64,000 bases of DNA, taken from the NCBI GenBank assembly GCA_965263355.1, contig CBDHHL010000046.1, forward strand, positions 32,001 through 96,000. Reading direction: 5' to 3'. The position numbers were made by a program, and so were the translations under genes. How positions within the stretch are numbered: position 1 is the stretch's first letter; each line of letters starts with the position of its first letter. The notes below the pieces were generated by a model. It was not told the origin of the DNA. It saw only the letters and a list, made by a program, of their open reading frames with translations, and ran no database searches. Source of the DNA: Leptolyngbyaceae cyanobacterium. Lineage in GTDB: Bacteria > Cyanobacteriota > Cyanobacteriia > Phormidesmidales > Phormidesmidaceae. Below are positions 35,640 to 47,200 of the stretch, one piece after another.

Positions 35640-38600
35640 TTAGCGATATCTATACGTAACAACAAATTTATGGAAGCCCGCAGAACAAGCTGCCGGCGCG
35701 GTAATTGTCGCGTAAAAAGCATCTTCCCCAACGACAACAGTACCTCCCGTAGCACCTAAAGTCATGTTTGTTGTACCAGTTCCCGTACCCACGCTTAACG
35801 TAGTAGATGCCACAGTAAGACCACCAGAAGTGCCGTTGTCCCTATGAAGACGCAAGGTTAACCCAGCTCCACTAATAGAGAAGTGATGCACCACAACACT
35901 AGTAACGATAGTATTTGGCGGTAACGTAAATTGCCGTACAAGAGTTCTACCAAAAGAATCTGGAATTATATTAATGAAAGCGTGACTAGAACCACTCAAG
36001 TAAGCAGCACTAACGCCACCGCCGCTTCCTATATTCTCCCAACCCACCGCTCCTATTGCATAGTCATGTTCATGCTCTACGGGAAGGCTCCAAGCTACCT
36101 TCCAACCTGTGCTTGTATCCCTTGTTGAAGATGTATCAACGCCATCTGTCCAAGAAGTTGACGTATCAAAAGGTTTCGTTAAAACACGAAAACAAGTACT
36201 CCCAAAACGATCTGGGCTTATTCGCAACATGGTAGCTGTTAAGTTGCTGTTGTTTTTATTCCACTCGTCATCAATAGAAGACCAAGAAGCTCCGGCAACT
36301 AGCTCTAAGCCAGAAGAATTTTGTTCTATTGTGGCACCAACAGGCGTTATACCAGAACCAAATCCTGCTGTTGTGTCCCCTCGACTGCCATAAATAGCAA
36401 AGGCTGGGCAATCATTTGTTGCAAAACCGCCACCAGTGTCCGTCAACCCTTGTATATGTATTAACTTAGCTCTATATGGATTAGTTGTACCCATAGAAAA
36501 ACGATTATGAATAAAATTTTCATGCATGCTGTCAGAGTCAGTTATTGTCCTGAAATCCTCCAAACCCTCTGTCTCAATATATGGATTGGAGCTTGCTGTG
36601 TTAAATCGGACTAGACGATCTACACTAACACGACCACCATTTGCACCTACTTCAATAACTGGAACACCTGCAGATATCTCTCGCACACGCATCAATAATT
36701 GACCCGTAGAACCTGCCATAGGATCACTATTAGCTCTCCAATCAAAACTACCACTAGGGGCTGCTGCTGCACCTGGATCTACATCATCTGTCAGAGCAAA
36801 AGTCATACGACCATTTGTCCCCATCTCTACAAAACTTTGGACTTCTGTCGTAGATCTATTGCTGCGAAAACTGAAAGAAACAGCTGCCGAAGTAGCATCT
36901 GATGTATTCAATCGTAATGCTTCCAAAGCCGTTGGAAGTGGTCGTACCTCCAAACCAACAGGACTAATTGAGCCGTCTCGAGTATTAGCGCCCACAGACC
37001 CATTTGAGTGGAGCATGAACTGAGTTAAAGCAGAGTCTGTTGCAGGTGTAGTAGTAATAGTAGTAGCATCAGCTCGAAGTCCTAAAAATGACCAACGATT
37101 TAATGCATTGGTGCCATCACCAACAACATCGTTTATCCAGTAAGTTGTTCTATCATCAACTCCTGCATAGTCTTCGCGAAAGCCAGTAACTATTCGAGAG
37201 GCATAACCGCTTGACCAACGACCGTCAGCAATAGGAGGAGTAACGACCCCATCACCCACAACTAATAAAGTGCCTGTTGCATTAGACGGGTTACTCACGC
37301 CAGAAGATAGATGAGCCGCGGTGGGAGCACCAATCCACATAGAAGCCGTATCTGAACTCTTAGGATAGACAATGACATTGGGTGTAGTAGGTATTAGGGG
37401 GTCTGTCCAATTCTCAATCTCCGCCAAATGCTCTCCAGTTGCTAAGATAGAATTTCCCACAACTGTTCTCAAATCAATATTTTCGGATAGGCCTGCCGAT
37501 TCAACTGCGTAAACGCCAAAGGCAAAAGCATCAGTCTTGGCTTTTAAGCGCGCGCCAGTAGTTCCACGAAGATATATGCTTGAAGGCCTCAAATCTTTTG
37601 AGTAACCAAAATCATCGTGCTCCACATCAAACCGGCGAAGCATAGATGAAAGTAACTCCCCGTTTGTATCCATTGGATAATCTTCAAAATCACCTTGCAG
37701 TGAAGCCTCGTAATCATCTGAAATATAATATTCAATGATGATCGTTTCTCCAGATTGAGGGACAGCTCCTCCACCAGAACCCGGATTACCTTCAGCCGCC
37801 AATTGAAGAAACGGTGCGGGGTAATATGCTCCGTCCCTTGTAACAGCGATAGAACCGAAACCTCCAGCAGCCACTGGATTCAAATACACAGGCGTATAAT
37901 CTAGATTCATCAACTCTAGGGTCTTTTGATCGATGACCTTTTTGACTCTGTAAGTACCATTATTCGACCAAGGACTAGATGAGCTTGCGGATGTCCAAAC
38001 TACCAAGTCTCCCACCAAAGCATTAGTAAAGTCCACGGAACCCGTGGTTACAGCAACGATATTGCTTCGTTGGATACTTGTTACTGTGGCAGAAGTGTTA
38101 GGAACTGCTTGAGCCACACCTTCAATTCGAGTTCCAAAAGTCGAAGGAGCACTAAACGTATCATGGATGCTTAAGATCTTGGCTTCAACACTACCAAACC
38201 CATCAAATATTTCGATGTCAGCAGTACCACTAAAAGTGATGGGATCACCATTACCATCAGCTGACTCCACCACAAGCTCATTAGCTGTCTGATGTAATAC
38301 TCGACGAGGACGAGACTCCAAACCACCAGCAGTTGTAGTAAAAGAAACAAACTGACCTACCGTCACAGACCCAAAAGCACTACTCAATGTCAAAATTGTT
38401 TGAGCACTATTTGGAGTGCCTAGAGGGTCCACTACTACAGAGGATGCTGTAATAGTTGTAGTAACAAACAAATCCCGAGTATAGACAGACCCGTCTGATT
38501 GAAGAATCCGAACAAAGTCAAAAGTAGTTGGTGTGGTTGTCTTGCCAACATAGACACCTTTCCCAGTAAAACTAGCCCCAATTTGAATGCCTCGCTCCCC

Positions 38601-39236
38601 ATCAGCTGTGAGGGTCTGACGAACCCTTCGGGATCTCCGACCTAGGCCAAGCTTATTTTCTGCTGCTGCTGAATTAAAGGCCAATTGAAAACTGGCTCTA
38701 TTTATTTTGGCAGCGCCAAGAACTTCACCTATAGAAACTCCCAGCTGACCTATAGAACTCACACCTCGAGTCGGATCTATATGTTGACTCTGCTGTAAAT
38801 CCCCTCCAAAAGATTCTGTTTCTGAAATTAAACCTAGGGCAGGAAAAATTGCTTCAGAAGCTGCCACACTTTGAAGACGTAAGTAACTTTGACCACCTAC
38901 TGTAGGACTCGTTAAACGCAAGAAGCCGTTATCGTTAAATGCTACGGTTACGCCTACAGCAGTATTTATAGTACTAATAACCTCTGCCAAAGTTTTATTG
39001 CCAGAAGTAAAAGAAATGGCCGTAGATGTGGGTACACCGGCAACATCTCGAAATAGGTTAAAACTTAGACCCCCAACAACAAAACCTCCAGAAGGCTCTT
39101 GCAGCATCCCTAGGATGGTCGCTTGAACATCTATAGCGCCCGGCGCTTGAACGTAACTTGAGCCATCTGCGCTTCTCACAAATGGCCAATCGCCTGTTAA
39201 GACGGACAAGTCTTTGCTAGAATATGGAGCTGTCAC
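35640..39236 (-). CDS. Tail fibre / receptor-binding protein
   Basis: 1198 aa, G/S/T-rich and beta-structured, downstream of the baseplate genes. Confidence 0.7.
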   Translation of the reverse strand: MTAPYSSKDLSVLTGDWPFVRSADGSSYVQAPGAIDVQATILGMLQEPSGGFVVGGLSFNLFRDVAGVPTSTAISFTSGNKTLAEVISTINTAVGVTVAFNDNGFLRLTSPTVGGQSYLRLQSVAASEAIFPALGLISETESFGGDLQQSQHIDPTRGVSSIGQLGVSIGEVLGAAKINRASFQLAFNSAAAENKLGLGRRSRRVRQTLTADGERGIQIGASFTGKGVYVGKTTTPTTFDFVRILQSDGSVYTRDLFVTTTITASSVVVDPLGTPNSAQTILTLSSAFGSVTVGQFVSFTTTAGGLESRPRRVLHQTANELVVESADGNGDPITFSGTADIEIFDGFGSVEAKILSIHDTFSAPSTFGTRIEGVAQAVPNTSATVTSIQRSNIVAVTTGSVDFTNALVGDLVVWTSASSSSPWSNNGTYRVKKVIDQKTLELMNLDYTPVYLNPVAAGGFGSIAVTRDGAYYPAPFLQLAAEGNPGSGGGAVPQSGETIIIEYYISDDYEASLQGDFEDYPMDTNGELLSSMLRRFDVEHDDFGYSKDLRPSSIYLRGTTGARLKAKTDAFAFGVYAVESAGLSENIDLRTVVGNSILATGEHLAEIENWTDPLIPTTPNVIVYPKSSDTASMWIGAPTAAHLSSGVSNPSNATGTLLVVGDGVVTPPIADGRWSSGYASRIVTGFREDYAGVDDRTTYWINDVVGDGTNALNRWSFLGLRADATTITTTPATDSALTQFMLHSNGSVGANTRDGSISPVGLEVRPLPTALEALRLNTSDATSAAVSFSFRSNRSTTEVQSFVEMGTNGRMTFALTDDVDPGAAAAPSGSFDWRANSDPMAGSTGQLLMRVREISAGVPVIEVGANGGRVSVDRLVRFNTASSNPYIETEGLEDFRTITDSDSMHENFIHNRFSMGTTNPYRAKLIHIQGLTDTGGGFATNDCPAFAIYGSRGDTTAGFGSGITPVGATIEQNSSGLELVAGASWSSIDDEWNKNNSNLTATMLRISPDRFGSTCFRVLTKPFDTSTSWTDGVDTSSTRDTSTGWKVAWSLPVEHEHDYAIGAVGWENIGSGGGVSAAYLSGSSHAFINIIPDSFGRTLVRQFTLPPNTIVTSVVVHHFSISGAGLTLRLHRDNGTSGGLTVASTTLSVGTGTGTTNMTLGATGGTVVVGEDAFYATITAPAACSAGFHKFVVTYRYR

Positions 39237-39243
39237 AATGCCG

Positions 39244-39759
39244 TTATAGCATGAGAGACCAATTCACTGTTAAAGTTTGCCCAGTGGTTTTTACAATAGG
39301 TGTACTAAGCGTTCTATAGGCAATTACATTTACGGAAGAAGAAGTTGCAACAATACTGCCGTCATCTACCACTAAGCCAAACTCAGTTAAATTAACAGAA
39401 GCAAATTCCGCTGCTGGATAAGAAACTTGGTACCTAGCCACATTAACGGGAGAAAATGTAGGCGGACTTAACTGTTTCAAAAAGTTGGTACCATCAAAAG
39501 TTTGTGCAGTAGCCAATGTAGATACAGAAGACACACTTGGTTGAGAGCTGGTACCCGCAATAATCCATCTCGGCCGCACTGCGGAAACAGGCACATCTGT
39601 AGTGCCCATAGTTTGCCAATAGCTCAGGTCGCGTAACCAGGTCTTGCCAGTTTCCGTAAACACATTCCTACCGGAATGCGCACGTATCAAAACATTGTTT
39701 GAGTCATAAAGGCAAATGGTGACAGAGTTCTGTCGAACATTTAAAACGTCAGTGTCCAT
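39244..39759 (-). CDS. Baseplate/tail-fibre attachment protein, paralog 2
   Basis: Shares NVFTETG..WL..LS.W...G.TDVP...RW with the upstream ORF. Confidence 0.65.
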   Translation of the reverse strand: MDTDVLNVRQNSVTICLYDSNNVLIRAHSGRNVFTETGKTWLRDLSYWQTMGTTDVPVSAVRPRWIIAGTSSQPSVSSVSTLATAQTFDGTNFLKQLSPPTFSPVNVARYQVSYPAAEFASVNLTEFGLVVDDGSIVATSSSVNVIAYRTLSTPIVKTTGQTLTVNWSLML

Positions 39760-40328
39760 CGAATCACCAAAGAAAAATCGGCTGTTTTATTGAGGGGCTC
39801 AAATGTCTTATATGCGATAGGGGCATTCAAAGACGCGGAAGGATCTAAAGTAGAATCTGTAGCCCCTCCAGCACTCGAGTCATCCGTACCCGTGGAAGAA
39901 CTAGCAGGCTGAACATCTACGAACAAGCCTGCCTCTGAAACTGCTACAACGTTTAGGCCCAACGAGACCAAAGACACCTCCGTAGTACTAAACTCCCTAA
40001 CAAATTCGATTGAATTTGTTGTTAGTGGATTACTATTCTGTATCGCTCCAAGATAAACTCCGGAAGTAACCTGTGCTGGAGTAACCAAATTACTAACTGA
40101 CGCTACCTCAGATTGCGTACCAGTACCTAAGCCCATCCACCGGACCCTACGATTAGTAAAAGGCACATCGGTTGCTCCTATTGTTGACCAAGCACTCAAG
40201 CGAGTCAGCCAATTACTCCCAGTCTCCGTAAAGACATTATGACCATCTCGAGTCTGTTTGAGCTTTCCATGCTCCCTCAACTCTAAATGAAAATTACACC
40301 TAACACCTAGATCTTCTACTAGTTTCAT
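39741..40328 (-). CDS. Baseplate/tail-fibre attachment protein, paralog 1
   Basis: GHNVFTETG, MGLGTG, VSEAGLF, IAYKTF...IRWTLTF, resembling myovirus tail-fibre N-terminal modules. Confidence 0.65.
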   Translation of the reverse strand: MKLVEDLGVRCNFHLELREHGKLKQTRDGHNVFTETGSNWLTRLSAWSTIGATDVPFTNRRVRWMGLGTGTQSEVASVSNLVTPAQVTSGVYLGAIQNSNPLTTNSIEFVREFSTTEVSLVSLGLNVVAVSEAGLFVDVQPASSSTGTDDSSAGGATDSTLDPSASLNAPIAYKTFEPLNKTADFSLVIRWTLTF

Positions 40329-40331
40329 AAT

Positions 40332-43300
40332 TTATACCACCGTGGCACTGAACTCTTCTTCAATACCCAAGTCTGAAATAGTACTTAGATCATAGTCCAT
40401 GCCGAGTAAATTTAGAACTGCCTGAGCACTTGCATCAGAAGTGTTAGGACCTATACCTGTTACAGACACCCGACCCGGATGCTCATACGCACTTATTGTC
40501 CACGTGCCATCATTGGCAGAGTTCTCTGCGTTTGAAATACTGACCGTATCTCCTACCATATCTGGCGTAAACACATCAAAGGGCGTCTCAGGACTTTGAC
40601 CAAAATCCAAAACTTCAATACGCATGACAGAAGAGTCATTTATAACTTGGACTGGCTCCCAGATTTTTTTCCTAAATCTTCGACGTACTATGCGAAATAG
40701 AATGTCTACTTGCAATGTCGGAGATGGTACTGTGCCATCCAAATTCACGAATGCTAAAGTAGTAGTAGCTAATTGCACGGTACCCGTGCCTGTTAAATCA
40801 GGAGGACTTGTCTGAATGACTGTGTTTTGTACTAGATAGCTGCCAGCATTTGCTCCAGACTCAATAATTAGCAAGTCACCTATCTGCACTCCATCATTTA
40901 TAAAGTCAGAAGTAGCACTAAACAATACTGGTATGCCAGCTGCTATAGAACCATTCTCAGCGCGCATAATGGGATTAGTTGACCTGCGAATGATTCCGCC
41001 AACTAGACTAGACCCATATGAAAAGGTTGTTGCATCGGGTGCCGTAATAGCAAAAGTTGTTGGATCGGACAAAGGGGGCACACTATTGATAAAGCCCGAA
41101 TTTTGACCCGCCAAAGAAGTAAATTCATAAACACCAAAAATCGACACTCCAGAACCTGCCTGGTTAGGCCACAGAACTGCTAAATCTCCCTCTATGGTAC
41201 TAGTAGTTGCAGTACCTGGCTGACGTGCTCGAGCGCCGCCAAACCCAGTAGCCGAAGCTAATGAAACATCTCCTGAAACATTACTAGTCACAATATCCCG
41301 CAATAGTCTATTTGTTGTAGTCTGAAAAGGCGTAGAACCCAAACGTTGTAAATTCATCCCTTGATGATTTAAATCGTTCAGCCTAACCGTCGATTCGTGT
41401 TTCCCCAGTTGTCCCACATTTTCATAAAATCTCAGCGTTGCGGCACCACTAAGAACTTCCTGAAAACTATTTAGCACGTCCGCATCAGACAACCTTTGAA
41501 CAATTACAGAAACCAAATCAGCATAGGCCGGAATAATAGTTCTTAAAAACTCTACAGAGAAAGTTATATCACTCTCATTAAAAATACCTGAGGTTGTCTC
41601 AATTTGAGCTGAAAAAGTAAAAAACTTCCGAAGTTCTTGACCCCGTAGATTTTGAATCCACCAAGTAGAATTGCTATATATGTCTTCTATAGTAATACCA
41701 CCAGACAAAGGAATGAACGCTTCCAGTATATCACCCACCTGAATGTTCTCTCCAGTCGCTGGATTACTTGCAAGACCTATGGCCGTAGGAAAAAAGTAGA
41801 ACCTACGAATACCTAAACGTTGATTTTCTACATCTACATCCTCTATCAACAAACGGCCCAAAGAGACCCCTAAAGGGTCTGTGCCATAGTTATTATCAAC
41901 AACAATGACCTCCCCCCTCTCCTCTGTAAAAGGCAACCCCATCAATATATGTAAAGCCAGTTTAAGGTTGGAGACATTAGGACCATTTGTAATTGCGTAC
42001 CATAGACCTTTAACTGCGGATAAATACGGAGCCCGTGTTTGCTTCTCTTCCAACGTATCTCGAGTCAAGCCAACAACACGACCAAAATTATTTTCCACGA
42101 CTTCCAAATTATCAATATGGCAACATTCCGCCCAATACTCCGCCTTAGAAGGATTAGCTAAAGAAAAAACTTCGGGTTGAAAAGTCAACCAACCAGAACT
42201 AACTGTAAAATTAGTGTTTTCTACAAATACTGTATCTGGTGTTTCCGTAATTTCATGAACTAATGCAGGAATCGATTGGTATTTAAGATCAATCGCAACC
42301 CTTGTATTATGAATGATTTCTTTGGCTCGAATTGTAAAAAGGTAATCTGAAAAAGGCCTATTTGAGGTATTTATGCCCGTAGGAATAAAACTTATAAATG
42401 TTTTAGCTACCGCCGTAATTTCTGCGGAAGAGGACGAAGGAGATACTACTCTCAAGTCTTGTACGAGCTGTTCAAACAAAGACAGGTCTAAACCTAAACC
42501 CCCTTCGGCCAAACTTCCTACGTTTATTTCAAAAGTTAATCGAGTACCATTAACAGCCAAAACCTGTGCTTGAATATCAGCCGCCAATTCAGAGTCTCCA
42601 CGCTTTACCTCTAGCACAACTATATCGCCAGCGGAGACACCAGCCTTTTGTAAGTCCAAGTTTGGTGTATGAAGTAGATGGCCCAGTCTATAACTCTGGT
42701 TTTCTAGGTTGTTAGCTAAGGTCTCTGATTGAAGAACTAGGACAGAATGATTTACTCGACATCGTATTGTTGTGGCTTGGGGGGCACTTCCCGAAGTAGT
42801 AGTTCTTCGTATACGCACCCAATAATAAGTTAATCCATTTTCCGCTTGAGGGGCCCAATTGGCTAAAGTTCCTAAAACTATATCCCCCGATTGTGTGCCC
42901 CCACTAGTTCCATCAGTTGGCGTAAATGATGTCCATGTTGAACCGTTAGAATACTCAAACGTCAAAGATAAGTCGACGGAACTGACAACAGAAAACACCA
43001 TATTTAAACTTAGGAATGGAGTTGTCTTCCCTACATATACATAATCCTGATTAGCACTCCAAACGGCTGTATTAGAACTAGTAGTATCTACAGCCGTAGA
43101 TACATTTGTGAATACAACACCAGTCACCAAAAAGACAGACCCTAAAGAAGCCAAAGCATTATCACTTTGATAGGCTCTAACTATCTCGTGCCCTGTGCCA
43201 TCTATTTCCAACAATCGACCTTGTATTCGATAGTTCACATCCAAATTTGTGAAGGTGGAGTCAGAGGCTCTAAAGACACGTGTCATTAAATTTGTAGACT

Positions 43301-43925
43301 TTAGTAGGGGCCCAGACTCTCCTGACGTACCAGAGGTTACATTGCCCAGAATGACAGATTGAGGTTCTGAGGCTAAATCTGTCCGCATACTAAAGCGTTG
43401 CCAACGTCGCATGACTGTTGGCTGTATTGTCTTCAATGATTTGTTGTAGTTATTAGAGTATAGTGTGGTAAGCTCCGCTCCTAGAATTTGGATCATGGAT
43501 GACCAAACAACTTGAAAAATTTCTCGATCTTCAATAAGCTGGTAAAAGTTCGGTAAGTATTGCCAAATAAATTGCATATCTGGGATACCACCTTCGGCAC
43601 AAGGCACAAGACTAAGCCTTATATATATAGTGGCTGTTTGGGTGATTGTTTCTGTTCCATTTGTGGCAGAAACCTGTACAACATACACGCCAAGCACATC
43701 CGGAATAAAACTCACTGCTCTTCTATCGGGCCTAATCAAAACTAAGCTAGCAGGATTAGTCGTATTTAGATCTGGTACCAATACAGATCCAATAGGGACA
43801 GAAGTAAATGACCAACTTAAAGTGACAGGCAGCCCAGTAGAGTCTTGGGCTGAACGTCCATCTAATTGCACAATGGACCCTAAAACACCTCTGAGTTCTG
43901 TTTGAGGTAATGTAAAACTTAACAT
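40332..43925 (-). CDS. Baseplate wedge-like structural protein with an N-terminal PKD/Ig-like domain
   Basis: VQLDGRSAQD...WSF...GVYVVQVSATNG; YLSAVKGLWYAITNGP. Confidence 0.6.
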   Translation of the reverse strand: MLSFTLPQTELRGVLGSIVQLDGRSAQDSTGLPVTLSWSFTSVPIGSVLVPDLNTTNPASLVLIRPDRRAVSFIPDVLGVYVVQVSATNGTETITQTATIYIRLSLVPCAEGGIPDMQFIWQYLPNFYQLIEDREIFQVVWSSMIQILGAELTTLYSNNYNKSLKTIQPTVMRRWQRFSMRTDLASEPQSVILGNVTSGTSGESGPLLKSTNLMTRVFRASDSTFTNLDVNYRIQGRLLEIDGTGHEIVRAYQSDNALASLGSVFLVTGVVFTNVSTAVDTTSSNTAVWSANQDYVYVGKTTPFLSLNMVFSVVSSVDLSLTFEYSNGSTWTSFTPTDGTSGGTQSGDIVLGTLANWAPQAENGLTYYWVRIRRTTTSGSAPQATTIRCRVNHSVLVLQSETLANNLENQSYRLGHLLHTPNLDLQKAGVSAGDIVVLEVKRGDSELAADIQAQVLAVNGTRLTFEINVGSLAEGGLGLDLSLFEQLVQDLRVVSPSSSSAEITAVAKTFISFIPTGINTSNRPFSDYLFTIRAKEIIHNTRVAIDLKYQSIPALVHEITETPDTVFVENTNFTVSSGWLTFQPEVFSLANPSKAEYWAECCHIDNLEVVENNFGRVVGLTRDTLEEKQTRAPYLSAVKGLWYAITNGPNVSNLKLALHILMGLPFTEERGEVIVVDNNYGTDPLGVSLGRLLIEDVDVENQRLGIRRFYFFPTAIGLASNPATGENIQVGDILEAFIPLSGGITIEDIYSNSTWWIQNLRGQELRKFFTFSAQIETTSGIFNESDITFSVEFLRTIIPAYADLVSVIVQRLSDADVLNSFQEVLSGAATLRFYENVGQLGKHESTVRLNDLNHQGMNLQRLGSTPFQTTTNRLLRDIVTSNVSGDVSLASATGFGGARARQPGTATTSTIEGDLAVLWPNQAGSGVSIFGVYEFTSLAGQNSGFINSVPPLSDPTTFAITAPDATTFSYGSSLVGGIIRRSTNPIMRAENGSIAAGIPVLFSATSDFINDGVQIGDLLIIESGANAGSYLVQNTVIQTSPPDLTGTGTVQLATTTLAFVNLDGTVPSPTLQVDILFRIVRRRFRKKIWEPVQVINDSSVMRIEVLDFGQSPETPFDVFTPDMVGDTVSISNAENSANDGTWTISAYEHPGRVSVTGIGPNTSDASAQAVLNLLGMDYDLSTISDLGIEEEFSATVV

Positions 43926-43952
43926 GCAGATTCCTTTCCGTTACTTAACGGT

Positions 43953-44267
43953 ATGCCTTTTATAGAGATGGACCAAGACTTGATCAGAAAACTTGTTGCA
44001 GAGGAGATTGACATTGTTACCTCGGCGGTAGAAACAGAAAAACTTCTGTACGAAAAAGCTGTATGCCCTACCTGCGGTAATGAGGGAGCCATTAAGAAAT
44101 TGGCAGGGACTAAAGTGGGAGCAAATATGGAAATTGTACAAAGTCCTTTTTCCCCGGGCCGGATATTAGCTCGAGGCTCAGCTCAATGTCCTCAATGCTC
44201 TACTGAATGGGAACCCATATCCGGGATACTGATAACACAACCAGCTGTTATTGACGAGTCAATGTAA
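43953..44267 (+). CDS. Small Zn-ribbon protein
   Basis: CPTC...CPQC; fills the gap between two minus-strand structural genes. Confidence 0.65.
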   Translation: MPFIEMDQDLIRKLVAEEIDIVTSAVETEKLLYEKAVCPTCGNEGAIKKLAGTKVGANMEIVQSPFSPGRILARGSAQCPQCSTEWEPISGILITQPAVIDESM

Positions 44268-47200
44268 ATTCTTCTCCGAAATTCGCGAAGTAAGTAGATA
44301 TTCTACCAGTGCCTTCATACGGAGCGTCCGTACCTCCTACAGAATTTTCAGAGCGCTCCACAACTAAAGCTCGGTTAAGATCGTGTGTGACCGTAACTAA
44401 GGTAATGGGGTGTGTTACAGAAGTGGCTCCCCGTCTTGTTAGGAATGCTTCCACATCTGAGATCTCTAAAATATCCAGGGAACCTAACCCATTGATAAAC
44501 GCTTCAATTTCAGGCCCGACAGTTTGGGGAGAAGACCCCCCTGAATAAGTCATGCTTAAAAACACGTAACTCGGCAAGAAATGCCGTGCTATCAGATCCG
44601 CTACCAACACACGATTATCTCCTCGAAGAAATGTGTCTATGGTTCTAACAAGTGGAGAATTTTCATAGGTTATTTGCAGGTTCTTTCCACCAACTTCTAC
44701 CCGATTTTGCGGCGCATCTGAGTTACCCACGGGCAACACTCGCCGAGTAAAATTCAACTGTACCTCCTCATAAGGAGAAAAAGTGAAATTGTTATTTGTA
44801 ACAGAATACGTATAACCGTCAATTACTAGGCCTGAGACCACACGCAATCTATCCAATCTACTAAGATTCCTATTGTCATTTGGTCCTAAGGACTCAATGG
44901 GGACATCCACATAGTAAAGTCCATCCTCAACATTATTTTGCATATCTGAAGAAGAAACTCTGATAACCCCAGGTCTACGGACTTTGTATGGCATGGAGGT
45001 GCCTGGAACTAACAAACCATCGGTCCCAGATTGACCCTCCAAAGTCAACATGGTCCGACTGCCGTGAACCCCTCCTCGGACACGGTAAGACACAGAGGGG
45101 TCTGCGCTAGGAAAGGGTGTAGCGGAGGAAATCGTAGCAGTATTTGATGTGGTTGAAACAATTGGATACACACCCTGATTGACACCAGAAACAACTTCTA
45201 ACCTATCTCCTCGAGTAACACTGGATAATTCTCCTGCGCCTCCCGTCAACACGGTAAGGGGTGCAGAACCTGAAATAGATCCTGTCTGTAGCACAGTCAC
45301 CTCTGGCCCAACAGTTGCAACATCCTTTATCCTGTGTATTGTTGGCGTTGTTTGGTATATACGAAAGGCCTGGCTCAACGTATTGGAAAGTGTGTTTGGT
45401 CCCGTAGCCACCCAAGTAAACGTATTCGAGCCAGAAGTACTACTAATACCGCTAAGTCTAACACGCGTGTTGCTGATATCTCTTTCTAAGACCTCATAGC
45501 TGCCCTCCAGGGCTGGGTCTGTAGATTCAAAAATCGTAATGTAATTTCCTGCCGTAGGCAGCTGTCCAACGTCCGTAGCATCCACGAGGTAAAAATCGGA
45601 AGAAACCTGGGTAATGGACCCATCACGGCTAGTAGCAGTATCCGCACCTAATGTCGTTTCCGTAGTAGTTCGCATGATCGAATTTAACTCAAGAGTCTTG
45701 GCATCTATACGACGACGAATAGTGTATGTTCCTACATCAGGACCTGAAGAAATCACCAAAGTTTGTCCAGCGAGGTCCCCCATTTGCGTAAAATCTATAA
45801 CACTATTCGCCGGAATAGATACTCGTGCAGAACCAGTAGTTGTTCGTAGTCCTGCGGGGCTGCCAAAAATACCTACAGTAGCCTCTATAAGCCGAACGCC
45901 AGAACTATTGACCAATTCAATTTCTTCCTGTACCTCTAATAAATCCCCAGGCAGTATTTCAAGATTAAACACATCACGGTCTGTCCCTGTTAACTCAACT
46001 ATGGTTTCAAATGCCCCACCACCAATGGAATAAGAACGGACAACTCGTAAGTCATTAATTGTTTGATTAAGGGCACCTGCCTCCGGCAAAACAACATAAC
46101 CATCATCTGTAGAAAATCGGTACAAGAACTCCTGAGATGTTCCCGTAGAAGCTAAGCGACCTCCAGCAATACCGGTAGTAATCTCAACTGAGGTAGGCTC
46201 CAAAAAGTAGAGTCGAGCAATACCAGCGCTCGTAAATCCCACCCGATAATGAATATCTGTATCTGTAGAAACGAAATCCTTATCCCCTGCTGAAGCGCCT
46301 ATAATAGTCAGGTCAGAACCTGACACCGTAGAAATCTCATACTCTCCGATATTATTACCTTCGTAAATCTCAAGCCTACTTCCTACAGTAACTCCCAACA
46401 AAGCAAAATCAGTTACCGTAGTGTCTCTGAATGTAACGAGAGGGGAACCAGAAACAACTGCCCCAGAAAAAGCCTCCCGTAAGGAACCTTGACTACGATT
46501 GGAGAAAGCTCCTTTTGCTCGAGCATCAATCACTCTTCCATATGGGATTGTAATCCCTGTGGGCTGATTTGTAGAGTCAAGTAATTCAATGTCCTTAACT
46601 CTCACTAAAGGTCGTTCCACGCCTGTAAAGGCCTCATAGATGCTAAATAAAAGATTGAACCCCGTGGAAGGCACGCCAACATCCAAAACCAACTGATTTG
46701 CTAGGACCGACAAGATAGTATATTGACCAGCATTGGAAGCTTGGGCACCCGCGGTAGTACTGGTGGAAATATCTAAAACATCTCCGGAAGAAACTCCAGC
46801 TAACAAAAAATTTGTTGAAGTAGATGTGACTGTTGCTGACCCTGCTACGGTATTTAAGTCCCCGCCGGGAAAAACTCCTGTAATGGGTATCCTGATGTTT
46901 CTAGGATTAACTAAATCCAGCTGAATCACATCGTCCACACGGTAGCGTAAGCCAGAGCTGTCTCCAGTTCCGGAAGGTGTAACTGTAGTGGTCAACTCTC
47001 TGTCTAAAATTAGAGTATCATTTGAGCCCAATAAACTGAGCAACCTGCGTATGGTATAGACTCCAGCATCAGCACCAGACTCAATAACCACTGAGTCTCC
47101 AATTGAGGTCCCAAGACCCGCGGAGCCAAAATTTGCTTGAGGGGAGTTTAGGTCTCGAACTCTAGACTTTACAGACACGCGCTCGAGCAGACGAAAGGGC

